Positions 53,100 to 64,000 of a stretch of DNA of 64,000 bases are shown piece by piece. This DNA is from Octopus sinensis (Eukaryota): contig NC_042999.1 of NCBI RefSeq assembly GCF_006345805.1, forward strand, positions 94,488,001-94,552,000, given 5' to 3'. The notes under the pieces are model-generated. The model was not told the origin of the DNA and ran no database searches. It saw only the letters and a program-made list of their open reading frames with translations. Each line of letters opens with the position of its first letter. Position 1 is the first letter of the stretch. The position numbers were made by a program, and so were the translations under genes.

Positions 53100-53950
53100 A
53101 TCTTCACCGCTCTCTCCATCTGCCTCCGACGCCGACATGGGTAGAGATGCGGTCTTCACTGGTACTGATAGTTTTGTAGGGAGTGGAGAACACTCTACCT
53201 TTATGTGACCTTGTTGGTCACACTTAAAGCACTTTGGTTTCCTACCCTCCACCATCACCGTCTTCATTTGCCTACCACGATGGTGTCTGCTTTTGCATCT
53301 AGCGTTCCTGGGGTAGTCTTGATTAACATTTCAAGGCTTTGACCTAGCCAGTTCTGTATGGGAACTCTCTCGGCCTGGAGGATTGTCACCATCTCATCCA
53401 GGCCTAATATTATCACTGCAATCGCCAGGCAACCTCCATCTCCGATGGTATTTCCTCCACCCTCACTCTGGAAACACGCCATCCAAGGTAAGGAAGAAGG
53501 AAAGTAATTTTATCCGAAGGAGGGCATGGGGTGTTGCCTGGCCTTTTGCTCGGGGGAAAATCTTACCTCCACTGTTGCATGTTGGGCACTCTTAGCTAGG
53601 TAAGATATATCTGATCAGATAGGTGCCAAGCACCTTTCAACATCAATCTTTTATACTATGTTGATTTTCTTTTCTTTCTTATTGTAAATCTTTAAAATTT
53701 CAGTTCTTCTCTCATAAAAACCATAGTACTTTTTCAGGTTTCGAAAATTCACCTTTTCCTTCGCTAAGCCGTCCACAGCCGCAAAACTCTACTTTTTCCT
53801 CGTTTTTCCTTTCTGCTTCTTTCGGCAACTTCTCTTTCATGCGGGCTACCCACCTTAATAATTCTTCCTCTGATTTACCAATTTCTGATATTAACATAAC
53901 AACGTTTCCCCCTTCAATTAAGAGGGACAACAAGGTGTTTGAACACACAG
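53100..53950 (-). mobile_element. Retroelement gag/ORF1 relic with CCHC zinc knuckle (Tx1/L1-like ORF1 likely)
   Basis: Minus frame KTVMVEGRKPKCFKCDQQGHIKVEC (C-X2-C-X4-H-X4-C at 53190-53231); GC-richer than the flanks; broken ORFs upstream. Confidence 0.7.
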
Positions 53951-54275
53951 GTGTTCAACACTTTTCAACACTTGATAGCACACAAAAATACCACTAACCG
54001 TGATAATCAGCACAGAATGAGAAGAAAGAATGACAGGCTGGTAAATTTGTGCGTCTTTTATACCTGATGAGTCAACCTTTTGCACGTGCATCATGCTTTT
54101 CATAAAGATACATTTGCAAACGTTACCATATCCTCGAAAAGTGAGCAAGTTCGAACCCTATATGCAAACCATGTGTTTCCAAATGAGAATGGTGATGTGG
54201 GTCAGTGACATCTTCCTGGTGTCACATTACCTAGGAACGTGATAAAAACCCAAATAATCTCAATATACATCTAAA

Positions 54276-54644
54276 AGCGGCTATAGTGGAGCACTGGCTT
54301 GAAGGATTTTAATCGAATACATCGTCCCCGGGACGTATTATTAAAGCCTAGCACTTATTCTATCGAACACTTTTGCCGAACGGGGAAGGGGCGTAAATGC
54401 ACCAACACCGGTTGTCAAACGGTGATGGGAGGACAATTACAGACATATACTCATAGGTATGTACATAAATAGTTATATATTTACAACGGGCTTCTTTCAG
54501 TTTCCGTCTACCAAATCCACTCACATAGCCTTCGTCCGCCCAAACCTATAGTGGAAGACACCTACCCAACGTGAAACGCAGTGGGACAGAACCCGGAACC
54601 TTTTGATTGGGAAGGAAGCTTCTTGCCACACCACCACGCGTGTG

Positions 54645-54646
<2 letters not shown>
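54276..54646 (-). mobile_element. Family B SINE copy
   Basis: Reverse complement of the family B head, body and tail. Confidence 0.82.
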
Positions 54647-54723
<77 letters not shown>

Positions 54724-54734
54724 ATCTATATAGT

Positions 54735-55075
54735 GGTTGTCTACTCCTTATGCAGAATTTGACCACCTCCTGTACGTACAACTTAGAATCATCATGGCAT
54801 CTGATGTGGTTTTCTTAAACTAGCCAATGTTCTGAAAAGACACCCACATAGATTGCATATACGATTTGAGCCACCAAGAGCTGCAGATAAGTTCTGATCT
54901 TAAAGTGTATTTTGAGGTCTCTGTTATATTTGCAAACCTTCTGGCATACATTGTTGGTGGAGGTTCGTCTTCCATGCGCTCGCAAACGGAATTTCAGCCC
55001 AGCAAAAGTAAGGTATGGTCTGTCACAAACTGCACAAACGAAAAGGGCATTGTGATTCACCTTCTCAACCGTAAC
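54735..55075 (-). mobile_element. Degenerate C2H2 zinc-finger array, probably the C-terminus/3' end of an RTE-type LINE
   Basis: FVCAVCDRPYLTFAGLKFRLRAH, NNVCQKVCKYNRDLKIHFKI and ICNLCGCLFRTLASLR(+1 frameshift)NHIRCH. Confidence 0.5.
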
Positions 55076-55079
55076 ATTC

Positions 55080-55760
55080 TTCTTACATACATACATACAT
55101 ACATATATACGTACATACATACATACATACATATATACGTACATACATACATATATACTTATATGCATGCATGCATACATACATACATGCATACATACAT
55201 ACATGCATACACACATACATACACACATACATATATGCATACATATACATTGTAAATGCCTTAATAACAATCTGGATAAACTAGAGCTTTTAGGAAAAGG
55301 AATTCAAGCAACGAATATGCATCTTCTAAATACAATCTGTAGGTGGAACAGTAAACATATGTAAAACTTTTCCCAAGTTGGTAATATGATGTTTTTGTAA
55401 TCCACATTCTCAAAATGGAGCTTTGTATCTTTGTTAAATCCAACAATTTCCTCAAAAAAAGAATTTAAATAATGAAAAATAGAACACACACATACATACA
55501 TACATACATACATACATACATACATACATACATACATACATACATACATACATACATACAAGCATGCATACATACATACAAACATACATGCATGCTTACA
55601 TACATACATATATGCATACATACATAGATATATACATGCACGCATACATACATACATACATACATACATACATGCATGCATGCATGCATACATACATACA
55701 TACATACATACATACATACATACATACATACATACATACATACATACATACATACATACA
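55080..55760. repeat. Two (CATA)n-type tetranucleotide arrays (~55080-55240 and ~55490-55760)
   Basis: Directly visible; source of the MYVC/HTYI ORFs. Confidence 0.95.
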
Positions 55761-58700
55761 TTCTTATATACCTACATACGTATATACATTCACAAATACC
55801 AATTTTGCAAGTGTTCTCCTGCTTTTGAAATTGTAATATGGTATCTTATATCTTTTAAGTCAATTACGTGTTCAGGAAGATAGGGAAACATACATAAGTT
55901 ATATTTAAAGAAAGGGCGAAGTGAAAATGGATAGAGATACAATTATATATAAAAGTACAACTGAAAAGTAAGTTATATTTACTTTTCTTATCTAATTGTT
56001 AAACAAGGTGTTTGAGATTGATTTAATTATTTTTAAAGTGATTACCTATGATGTAATTAGCTAGATTCTAAGATCAACATTGAAATGAGAAGCGCAGTTT
56101 TCCAACCAAGAAGGTTAGTAGATGAGTGTAGAAGCTCCAGCACAACACATATTACGGAGAATGCCAGGAGTATCTCGAAGAGCATGGAAGCACATAGTTG
56201 GGAATGGTGAAATAAGAAATCCTCTTTGCTCTAATAGCATCAGACCATGGTAAATACCATAAGCATAAAGGTCGTAACAACAGAGCTGATAGATTTCACT
56301 GATAACAAAATACTGTTAAAATGTATACCACACTACAACCGGCAACACGCTGGTGTATAAAACGCACGTCTGTATTCATTGTGCTGGTGCAGAGCTAAAC
56401 ATTTTACGTGAGAAGACTTGGTAGGGATGATCAGTGCACAAAAGCATCATTTCGTTGAGTTAATGGAATAAAAGATGAAGTGCCATTAAATTCTAATTCG
56501 TTCTCTGCCCTCTAATAAATAAATAACACAGATGAACAATATACTCTCGCACTGATGCTCCTAAATGCTCCTACACGCAAACGCACGTTTGCGCGCGCTT
56601 ACATACACACATTCCAGTTAGGATTGTAAAACATAACCTAATGAAAGTTATAAAGAAATAAACGTTTACCACCCATATTATTTTCAAGTTCCATGTCATA
56701 TGCATATATATGGGCAAGTGTCCACACACGCACCCACACACCCACACACACACACACACCCATGCGCACGCACAGCTGAATGAGTGTTAATTGGTTAAAA
56801 TTTTATAAATTAACAAAAAACTAAAGAAATGAAATTGAAACCCATTCTTTTCTTTATTTAGACATTGTGATCGTCTCAAGATGCAGCAAAATCAATTTTA
56901 GGACACGTGTTTGCATCAGTAATCTTGCAAATCAAATACAAAAAGGACGTAGTTAAATATTATTCTTCGAATATACCTAATGTGACTCAGAAAGTCATTC
57001 GCGTTTTTTAAAATATCCAATCCTTTGTTTTGATAGCCCGCTCAAAATATTCTAAAGCATCCAAAAGTCCATATATTATCTTTCATAATATGAGGTTTAT
57101 ATGTAACTATGACATGGAAATTAGAACACTATTATTTTCCAAATGTTACTCTAGCATCAGTAAGACTTCTAAAGTCCGTATTAAGCGATATGATGGAATA
57201 TCATTCACTTGTCCTTTTTCTTAAGTGCTATTCAGAATTAGTATCATTTTGTAAATATAAACTCTTCAGAGATTGTCTTTCAAACAAAATCATTGGCTAA
57301 TGAATCTTCTTTATTTTGTTTCATTAGACTGTACAACGTTTTATCTAAATCCTACTGCAATCCTCTTAATAGTTTTAATTCACCCGTATTTTCTAGATTC
57401 TCGTGTTTTAATACCGATAAGCCGTAACTATCCCTCTGCACATTTACAATTTTCATTTCACTTCACTCTCTCTATTATACTATATCATTTTCCTTTTACG
57501 CGCTCTCACTCAACTTCTTTCCGTTGTTTTGTTTTGTCGGAATCCGACTTAATATTGTATCTGCACGTTTCACAATATTCACATATTTTTAAATGTTTAT
57601 CATATAAACTGCACAAATTTATCACAAATTAACTGCACAAATTTATCAACGAAAATTACTCTACATTTTACACTATATTTTTTAACAAAAACATTTAACG
57701 ACCATCTTATCATAGCAAGACCACGCCTTAATTGATTGCCCCTTTCCAAACTGTTTTCTAAATACTTGAAACAATCAAATTTCTCACAATATTTCAAATT
57801 TACCAGTCAAGATAACCTCGGCACCTCTCCCTTAGAATTTATTTTTATCTCACACTCATATTAACATCACTCACTCCATGAACCTCCCTCGCTCTCTTTC
57901 TCGTTCTCTTTCTCCCGTCTTTATCTTGCCTTCTCTCTCTCTCTCTACATCTATCTATTTCTGTTTGTTTGTACTTCTCGTTCTCACACACATTCTCTCT
58001 CTCCCTTTCCCTCTTCTTCCCATCGCACTTTCTCTCTTTCTCTTTCTTTCTCTCCCTCCCTCCCTCTCTCCCCTTCTTTCTCATAGATTAAGTTTAAAAA
58101 TGCAATTTTTTCCAATGTTTTCAATAACACTCTGAAAACTCTAGAACAAATAATTCTAAATTTTTACAAGTGTAATGAACTGACTTAGTATGTTTACACG
58201 TATTACATGTCTGAATATTCCTCATGCATATTAGAACTGGTAACAAGTTTACATTTGTACATATTATAAGAGATACATATCTCTTGTCAGTTCTCAGAGT
58301 CTGGCTTTCCGATTTCTACTGCTGGGAGGAGATAACCACCACATGTCTCCACCAATTTGGTTAGGGAACGGTCCGAAATGACTGACTGTGTTTACCCCTA
58401 TCTCTATACAATAATACATTTTCTCCATAACAAAACAGAAATGACATTCTTACAGGTTCAAATATACCTGAAGCACATTTGAACTAGAAAACAGTTTGTA
58501 TAATTACAACTCAGTGCTTAGCGCTTTCTTTCCGTATATAAATTTCCGTATATATATAAAGTATATAAATTTACAAACTCTCTCTTTCTCTTATTGTAAC
58601 CTTAATTAAACATGAACAGGCTTTCCAGACGCTACAATTACTATGGTACACTATCACTGAGGAACACTCCTCGATAGTGCACATCTTCACTACAACAACT

Positions 58701-58829
58701 ACCGGATCTGAATGAGTGATATTACTCTTCAGAGTACAAAAATTCTTTGACTGATTACAACATGGAAACACTGACCGCATAATTTAAAAAAAGGGTACAG
58801 GAAAGATTGGAAAAATACTTCCTTCTTTC

Positions 58830-59200
58830 TCTACCAGATTTGCTTGAGCTCACGTCTTTGAGATTGGATGATTTTCGCCACAGCCTCTTGCGCAAAATAG
58901 AATTACAGCTATGTTCCATAAATGTATTAATTATATTTCATTGGAAGTTAGACTGAATATCTCATATCATTTACAGGGCATACCCAATTGGTATGGTTAA
59001 AGCGGATAATGTTTAGTCACATTTTCGGCAGTAAAACTGTGCATAGGGAGTGGGCACAGATTCATTGTGATATTGTGAAATTGGTGGCAGAGAAGGTGTG
59101 GCGGTGTGATACAGTGGAAGTTCCAATCATATTACTATCTTTGTTAACCTAAAGGGAAACCTACACTTGGGTAAGACTCCAGCTGAAGCAGAGAATCAAA
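58830..59200 (+). mobile_element. Possible Tc1-type transposase relic
   Basis: WLKRIMFS..FGS..V.R...CDIVK followed, after a frameshift, by GGR..V resembles W..VLFSDE..FGS...V.R...C...VK.GG..V.VWG. Confidence 0.4.
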
Positions 59201-60820
59201 TACATATTGATTCCTCTGACTTGCAAACATAATTTGTTATCGCACGCTGTGCAGTTTTGATTCTGTTGATAAGCAATCCAAGCAGTTCAAGCTCCGTATA
59301 TAGTGTGTATCATATATACACATATGTATACATGTGAATATATATATATATATATATATGTACGTATGTATGTGTATGTTCAATAATATTGAATATATCA
59401 GTTGGATACAAGATAAATTTTATAATATATTAAATTTTCGATCTTACTCAGGCCAGATCAGCTCTGATCCTGCAGACTTGTGATCAAAGACTTTCCAACT
59501 GTGACTGGCTCACTTCTTATTCAGAAAGTGTGTATTTATTTATATGTATTTATATACAACTCTATTTAACCTGACTTATAAATACGAAGTTCATTTAATG
59601 ATTTTTGTTGGATGAAGTACTTTCTGTTAATATGATTACACTTCTAGGATGAAGCAAACTACTGACATAACCCCCACTTCCTAAAGCATATTAATACCAT
59701 TAATGTTCACACAGTAATGTATTTAATGCCCATTAATATTGATAGATTGTTTGTTTATGATTACCATTAGAGAATTGTATGAAAAATAGATTGTGACTTT
59801 CTCAACGTCTGGGTAAGAATGTTGGCGCATGGTAATAACGATAAAACATAAAACATACTGCTGATACGAATTATTAAAGGAGGGAAAAGAGAAATGGCAG
59901 ACATTATGCAAAGGAAAGGTATCGGGTGATCTTTTGGAAATTATAGGTACCGATCGAATGAAAAATTTATACATTCCGTAAATGTTTTTGTTGTCTGTAT
60001 GAAATTAAGCCACACTCTTTTTGATTGATTCTTTGTGATATATCTATAAATGTGCTTTCTTTTAACATAGCTTCAATATATCAGACTCCTCTGTTTTAAA
60101 AAAAACAGTTGGCTCTTCTGTTATCAACGATGTAGATGGGAAGTTTCCAGTACAGTCTACGTCTATTCAGGGTTACCATTAAAAAATCTATATAGAATTA
60201 AAAGTGTAAGAGTATATAATGTATTATGGCCAGATTCAAGGGAAATAGACAGTATTTGTCACACTACATTAACTAGAACAAGTTCGTTTCGTTGCGTTTC
60301 TACCTCATAACATATGCTTTCATATTATTGCATTTTGTATTTCTACGGTAACATATTCTGCTACGAAGTGCGAAAATTCCCACAGCTCCATGCACATGCA
60401 ATATTCTGTTGCAGTTCTGAGATAATTATGCTTAAATTTTTTTAATAAACTACTACTGATTTCTGATCATGTATTTAGCAATATAGCAGTACAGCAAGAA
60501 CCAATAATTTTCCAAAAATATGTTAATACATAGACAGCTGCAACATGAAAACATGAGAATGAGATGCAAAAACATGGATATTCGTTGTCAGTAATATTAC
60601 ACCATCAAACGTTCAATTGCATTAGGCTTGATAAACATAAAGCGGTCTCTTCAAATACTCTATTGGTAATTGATATAATTTATGATTTAATTGTAGGGAA
60701 AATTTTAATCTAATGTATGAAAGTATTGGATTATGATATTTAAATTTCTAATCATAAAAAAAATCTATAATTCAACAAATCTGAAAGGTGGTGAGTTACA
60801 TACTGGTTCAATCTTTATTC

Positions 60821-60955
60821 CTTTCTGTTGAAGAATGTTGGCTCGAAACATGAAAGACTTTTTCCTTTTCCCGAATGTCAAACTAACGCACCTGCTAGCT
60901 GTTCATACAGCTGTCTTTGTCTTTTGTTTCTCTCTAGAAATTTCAACTATATATG
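60821..60955 (+). mobile_element. PLE-terminus-like repeat with decayed hammerhead-like motif (60821-60856)
   Basis: CTTT-CTGTTGA-A-GAAT-GTTG-GCTC-GAA-ACAT-G-AAAG; homologous to 63174 onward; ends in a TA run. Confidence 0.7.
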
Positions 60956-61084
60956 TATATATATGTGCGTGTGTGTGTGTGTGTGTGTACAGTTTGCGAT
61001 GGGTAAATTATCGCTATTTATATTTTGAATTTCGTGCATGTACATTTTTTAGTTTTGATTTTGTCGACTGCACAGTGTAGTTGG

Positions 61085-61590
61085 GCACCCTCTGTGAGAA
61101 AAACAGGACCATGACGCTATTCATTCTGCCAGAAATTTTGCAACGGCATGCTGTACTGCTTGACACTCGCGCTGGAAGCTTCAGTACGAAACTTCGAGGA
61201 CATGTACTTAGAGTGATAAAAATATAACATTCAGTCAACTTCATTGTGTTTGGAGTGATCACTAGCGATGGTGATGTTATGCCTTCATTCATTTTACCAC
61301 ACGGCCTCAGACTCACCGCTGAAGCCCCCATGAAGTGCCTGGGTCAAGAGGGTGGCAGCTGGAAGACCCTGTGTCTGGCAAGAGGACTCTGCACCTTGCC
61401 ACACAAGTCGGAGAACCCAGTCACGGCTGTCAGACAATTTCTGAGTGGGATGCAGTAGAACAAGAAACCGATAAAACTCCTTGTAACACCAAAGATGAAC
61501 GGAAGACAAGGATTATGGCAGCATTCACAACTTAAGAAGATGACCGTCCAGAAATGGATCATCGTAAAGTGAACTGGCTAGTTGGAATCT
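61085..61590 (+). mobile_element. Mariner DD37D/maT-like transposase relic
   Basis: VFGVITSDGDVMPSFILPHGLRL, VAAGRPCVWQEDSAPCHTSRRTQSRLSDNF, then WDAVEQETDKTPCNTKDE.KTRIMAAFT. Confidence 0.8.
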
Positions 61591-62475
61591 ACTGGTAGCT
61601 CCTGAAAATTGAAACCGTTTCTCTAAATACAAAACAGTGCAGTAGTTTTTCTGCCTGTCATAGTGTAATGATGCTTAGTTATGTTAATCGCTTAACATTC
61701 ACGAGAAGACAAAACATTATGTGATGACGCAAAATGCTATTCTGACAAGTGACTTAACACCAACAATATTTTGAATATTGCAAGTGGCAGAAAAACGTTT
61801 TAATGTGCAATTGTAAAAGTAAACTTTTAACTTTTCACTGTAGGACATTGCTTAATCTTAAATAATAATATATTTCATGATTTAATATAATCTGAAGTTT
61901 GCATTTCTTATAGTTGAATAATATCCATTTTAATCTCTCTTCGTCGCATTAACTTCGTTGTTAGAACTACTGTTTAATTTGCAAATTTCAATCTGAAAGT
62001 ACTTTAAGCGCAAATTGAAACAACTTTCAGTCAATATCCACTATTTATTATTTTATGGTGATCTTGTAACACCCATTGAATAAAATATATATATGTATAT
62101 CTATATATGCAAATAATTTATATGACCATCTTGTAACACCCATTATATAAAATATATGATATATCTCTATATCATCAAATAATTTAATTATTTTTTTATA
62201 TCCGCATGTTGAAAACCCCAGAATTGAATGCAATTCTTTTACAATTTAAGCTTGAAGAATGAAGATTAGTCTTTCTACTAAAATGCGATATTTATTCTAT
62301 ACCAGATTAGCAGCCGCACTCCGTGCGGACTTTTAGCCTATCTCTTTTGGCCCAAGACTGAAGAGAATTAAATAGCATGACTATCAGATCGTATTGCCTG
62401 ATGTTGAAGAACCAGATGAAGGGCAAATGTTCAATCCGGGGGTCATGCTGATCCCCAAAAGGCAGAAGTTTGCTT

Positions 62476-62690
62476 TTCAAACCAGCAGAACCATTAGCAC
62501 GCCGGACGAAATGCTTACCATTATTTTGTCCGCCGCTACGTTCTGAGTACAAATCCTGCCGAGGTCTACTTTTCCTTTCATCCTTTTAGGGTCGATGAAT
62601 TAAGTACCAGTGAAACACTGGGGGTTGATGTAATCGGTTCAGCCCTCCCCCAAAGTGGTTGCTCCTGTAGCTAAATTTGAAGACATTAAT
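62476..62690 (+). mobile_element. Family C SINE copy
   Basis: GCAGAACCATTAGCACGCCGGACGAAATGCTTA...TACGTTCTGAGTACAAATCCTGCCGAGGTC...AAATTTGAAGAC. Confidence 0.82.
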
Positions 62691-63049
62691 ATAAATGACA
62701 TTATATTACTGGCCTTTCTCTAATCAGATTTGCACTACAGTTATTACAAGGCCATACAGCAAAAAAAAATGGAACAATCATAATTTTGGCCTAGGTGAGA
62801 AAAGGCAAAATCGAAGTTACATTATAGAATGCAAGTTGCAAATATACTACGCTAGGATTTACATACATATATTTTCGTTTCTGCCGTAAAATTTAATATT
62901 CTCTACCATCTGCACTATTATGAATATATTCATTTACACACGGAATTGTATTCGTACAAAGTTACATAGTCCCTCTTCCTTTCTTACTCAGCCTGCTGTA
63001 GCCATTGTGGACTAGATTAAGATTATTTATGCAAATACTTCAAGCCAGC

Positions 63050-63305
63050 GGGTTGTTCACCACTAAGTTATGTCATTTTTCTTCTATGGAACTGAGGTAA
63101 TGTCCTTAAATGTTCATGATTGATCGGTAGCCACTAAACACATTTCTTTCTCTACTTGTTTCTTTTTGTGCTCCTTTCTGTGGAAGAGCGTAGGCTCGAA
63201 ACGTAAAAGACTTTTTCAATTCCCGAGCGTTATAGTAATACATATGTTTGTCTTCTACACCAACTGTCTTCGTCTTTTGTTTTTTTTTCGTGAATTCTCC
63301 CTATA
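63050..63305 (+). mobile_element. PLE-terminus-like repeat, best-preserved copy of this family
   Basis: Shares CATGATTGA.CG.TA and the downstream body with the 44890-45080 and 60821-60955 copies; ends in (TA)n. Confidence 0.72.
63174..63209 (+). ncRNA. Hammerhead-like motif with non-canonical core (CUGUGGA)
   Basis: CUUU-CUGUGGA-A-GAGC-GUAG-GCUC-GAA-ACGU-A-AAAG: stem I CUUU/AAAG, 4-bp stem II, palindromic ACGU stem III, GUA site. Confidence 0.55.
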
Positions 63306-63331
63306 CGTATATATATATATTATATATATAT

Positions 63332-63381
<50 letters not shown>

Positions 63382-64000
63382 CATACATATATGTGTGTGT
63401 CTGTGTACATGTACTCACACATAAATATATATCTACACGTGTGTATGTGCGTATTATTGCATATATTGTCTAACCTTTATACATATCAGTCGACAATGAC
63501 TAAAGTATCACTAAGTAATTTGAGAAAAAATACAAACATAGTTAATTACATTAAATAATGTATGTTCAATAACGTGAAATTCTGATTAGCATGCAGAATA
63601 ATACAGAAATTTCTTAAATCTCTGCTCGGGCACTACGCATATACATGTTATATAGATTCAAGCCCTCTTGCATGACCTTCAAAACCGCACCCCTAAATTA
63701 TTATGAATCAGAGAGTTCTGAATCTCATTACATTTGTTGTAAAACGTCTCTTCAAATTTTGGATTGTGGTCATTTGAGAGTAACGCGGTAACCTTTTTCC
63801 TGCACAGTCAGTGTAGTACTAAAACCTGAGTTTCTGATCTCTCTGGAGTGCAGAGAAGTCAGTGTCAGTGTATTATTATATGAATGCATAATTTCTCAGA
63901 AACTGTTTCCTGTAAGAACAACATCGAAGTACCTAAGAATATTTTGTGGAGGAGGATGCAGTTTTTCCAGTTTCACCTTCCATTCAAAGTAAGTCGCAGC

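Noticed and set aside
58838-58923. Apparent exon after a strong acceptor (DLLELTSLRLDDFRHSLLRKIELQ)
   Set aside because: Adjacent sequence looks more like a Tc1 transposase relic, and no phase-compatible strong donor/acceptor pair links it onward.

Overview
AT-rich, microsatellite-dense eukaryotic non-coding DNA. It is most consistent with an intronic or intergenic region of a coleoid cephalopod (Octopus-like) genome; this is inferred from repeat content and was not checked. No intact, recognisable host gene, rRNA, true tRNA gene or CRISPR array is present. Most listed ORFs are translated microsatellites or transposon relics. Recognisable relics are: many R4/Dong-type non-LTR (RT + restriction-like endonuclease) fragments embedded in (TAA)n arrays; Penelope-like elements (PLE; RT and GIY-YIG); CR1-like, Tx1-like and probably RTE-like LINEs; Tc1/mariner transposase relics; a non-autonomous Helitron; and three multi-copy tRNA-derived SINE families. 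The most notable signal is a set of minimal type-I hammerhead ribozyme (HHR) motifs in three different PLE-terminus-like repeats. One forms a 154-bp near-perfect palindrome (46037-46190) with a canonical-core hammerhead on each strand. Several other long foldback hairpins and a few weak candidate exons are also present. All calls are by-eye motif recognition with no database searches.
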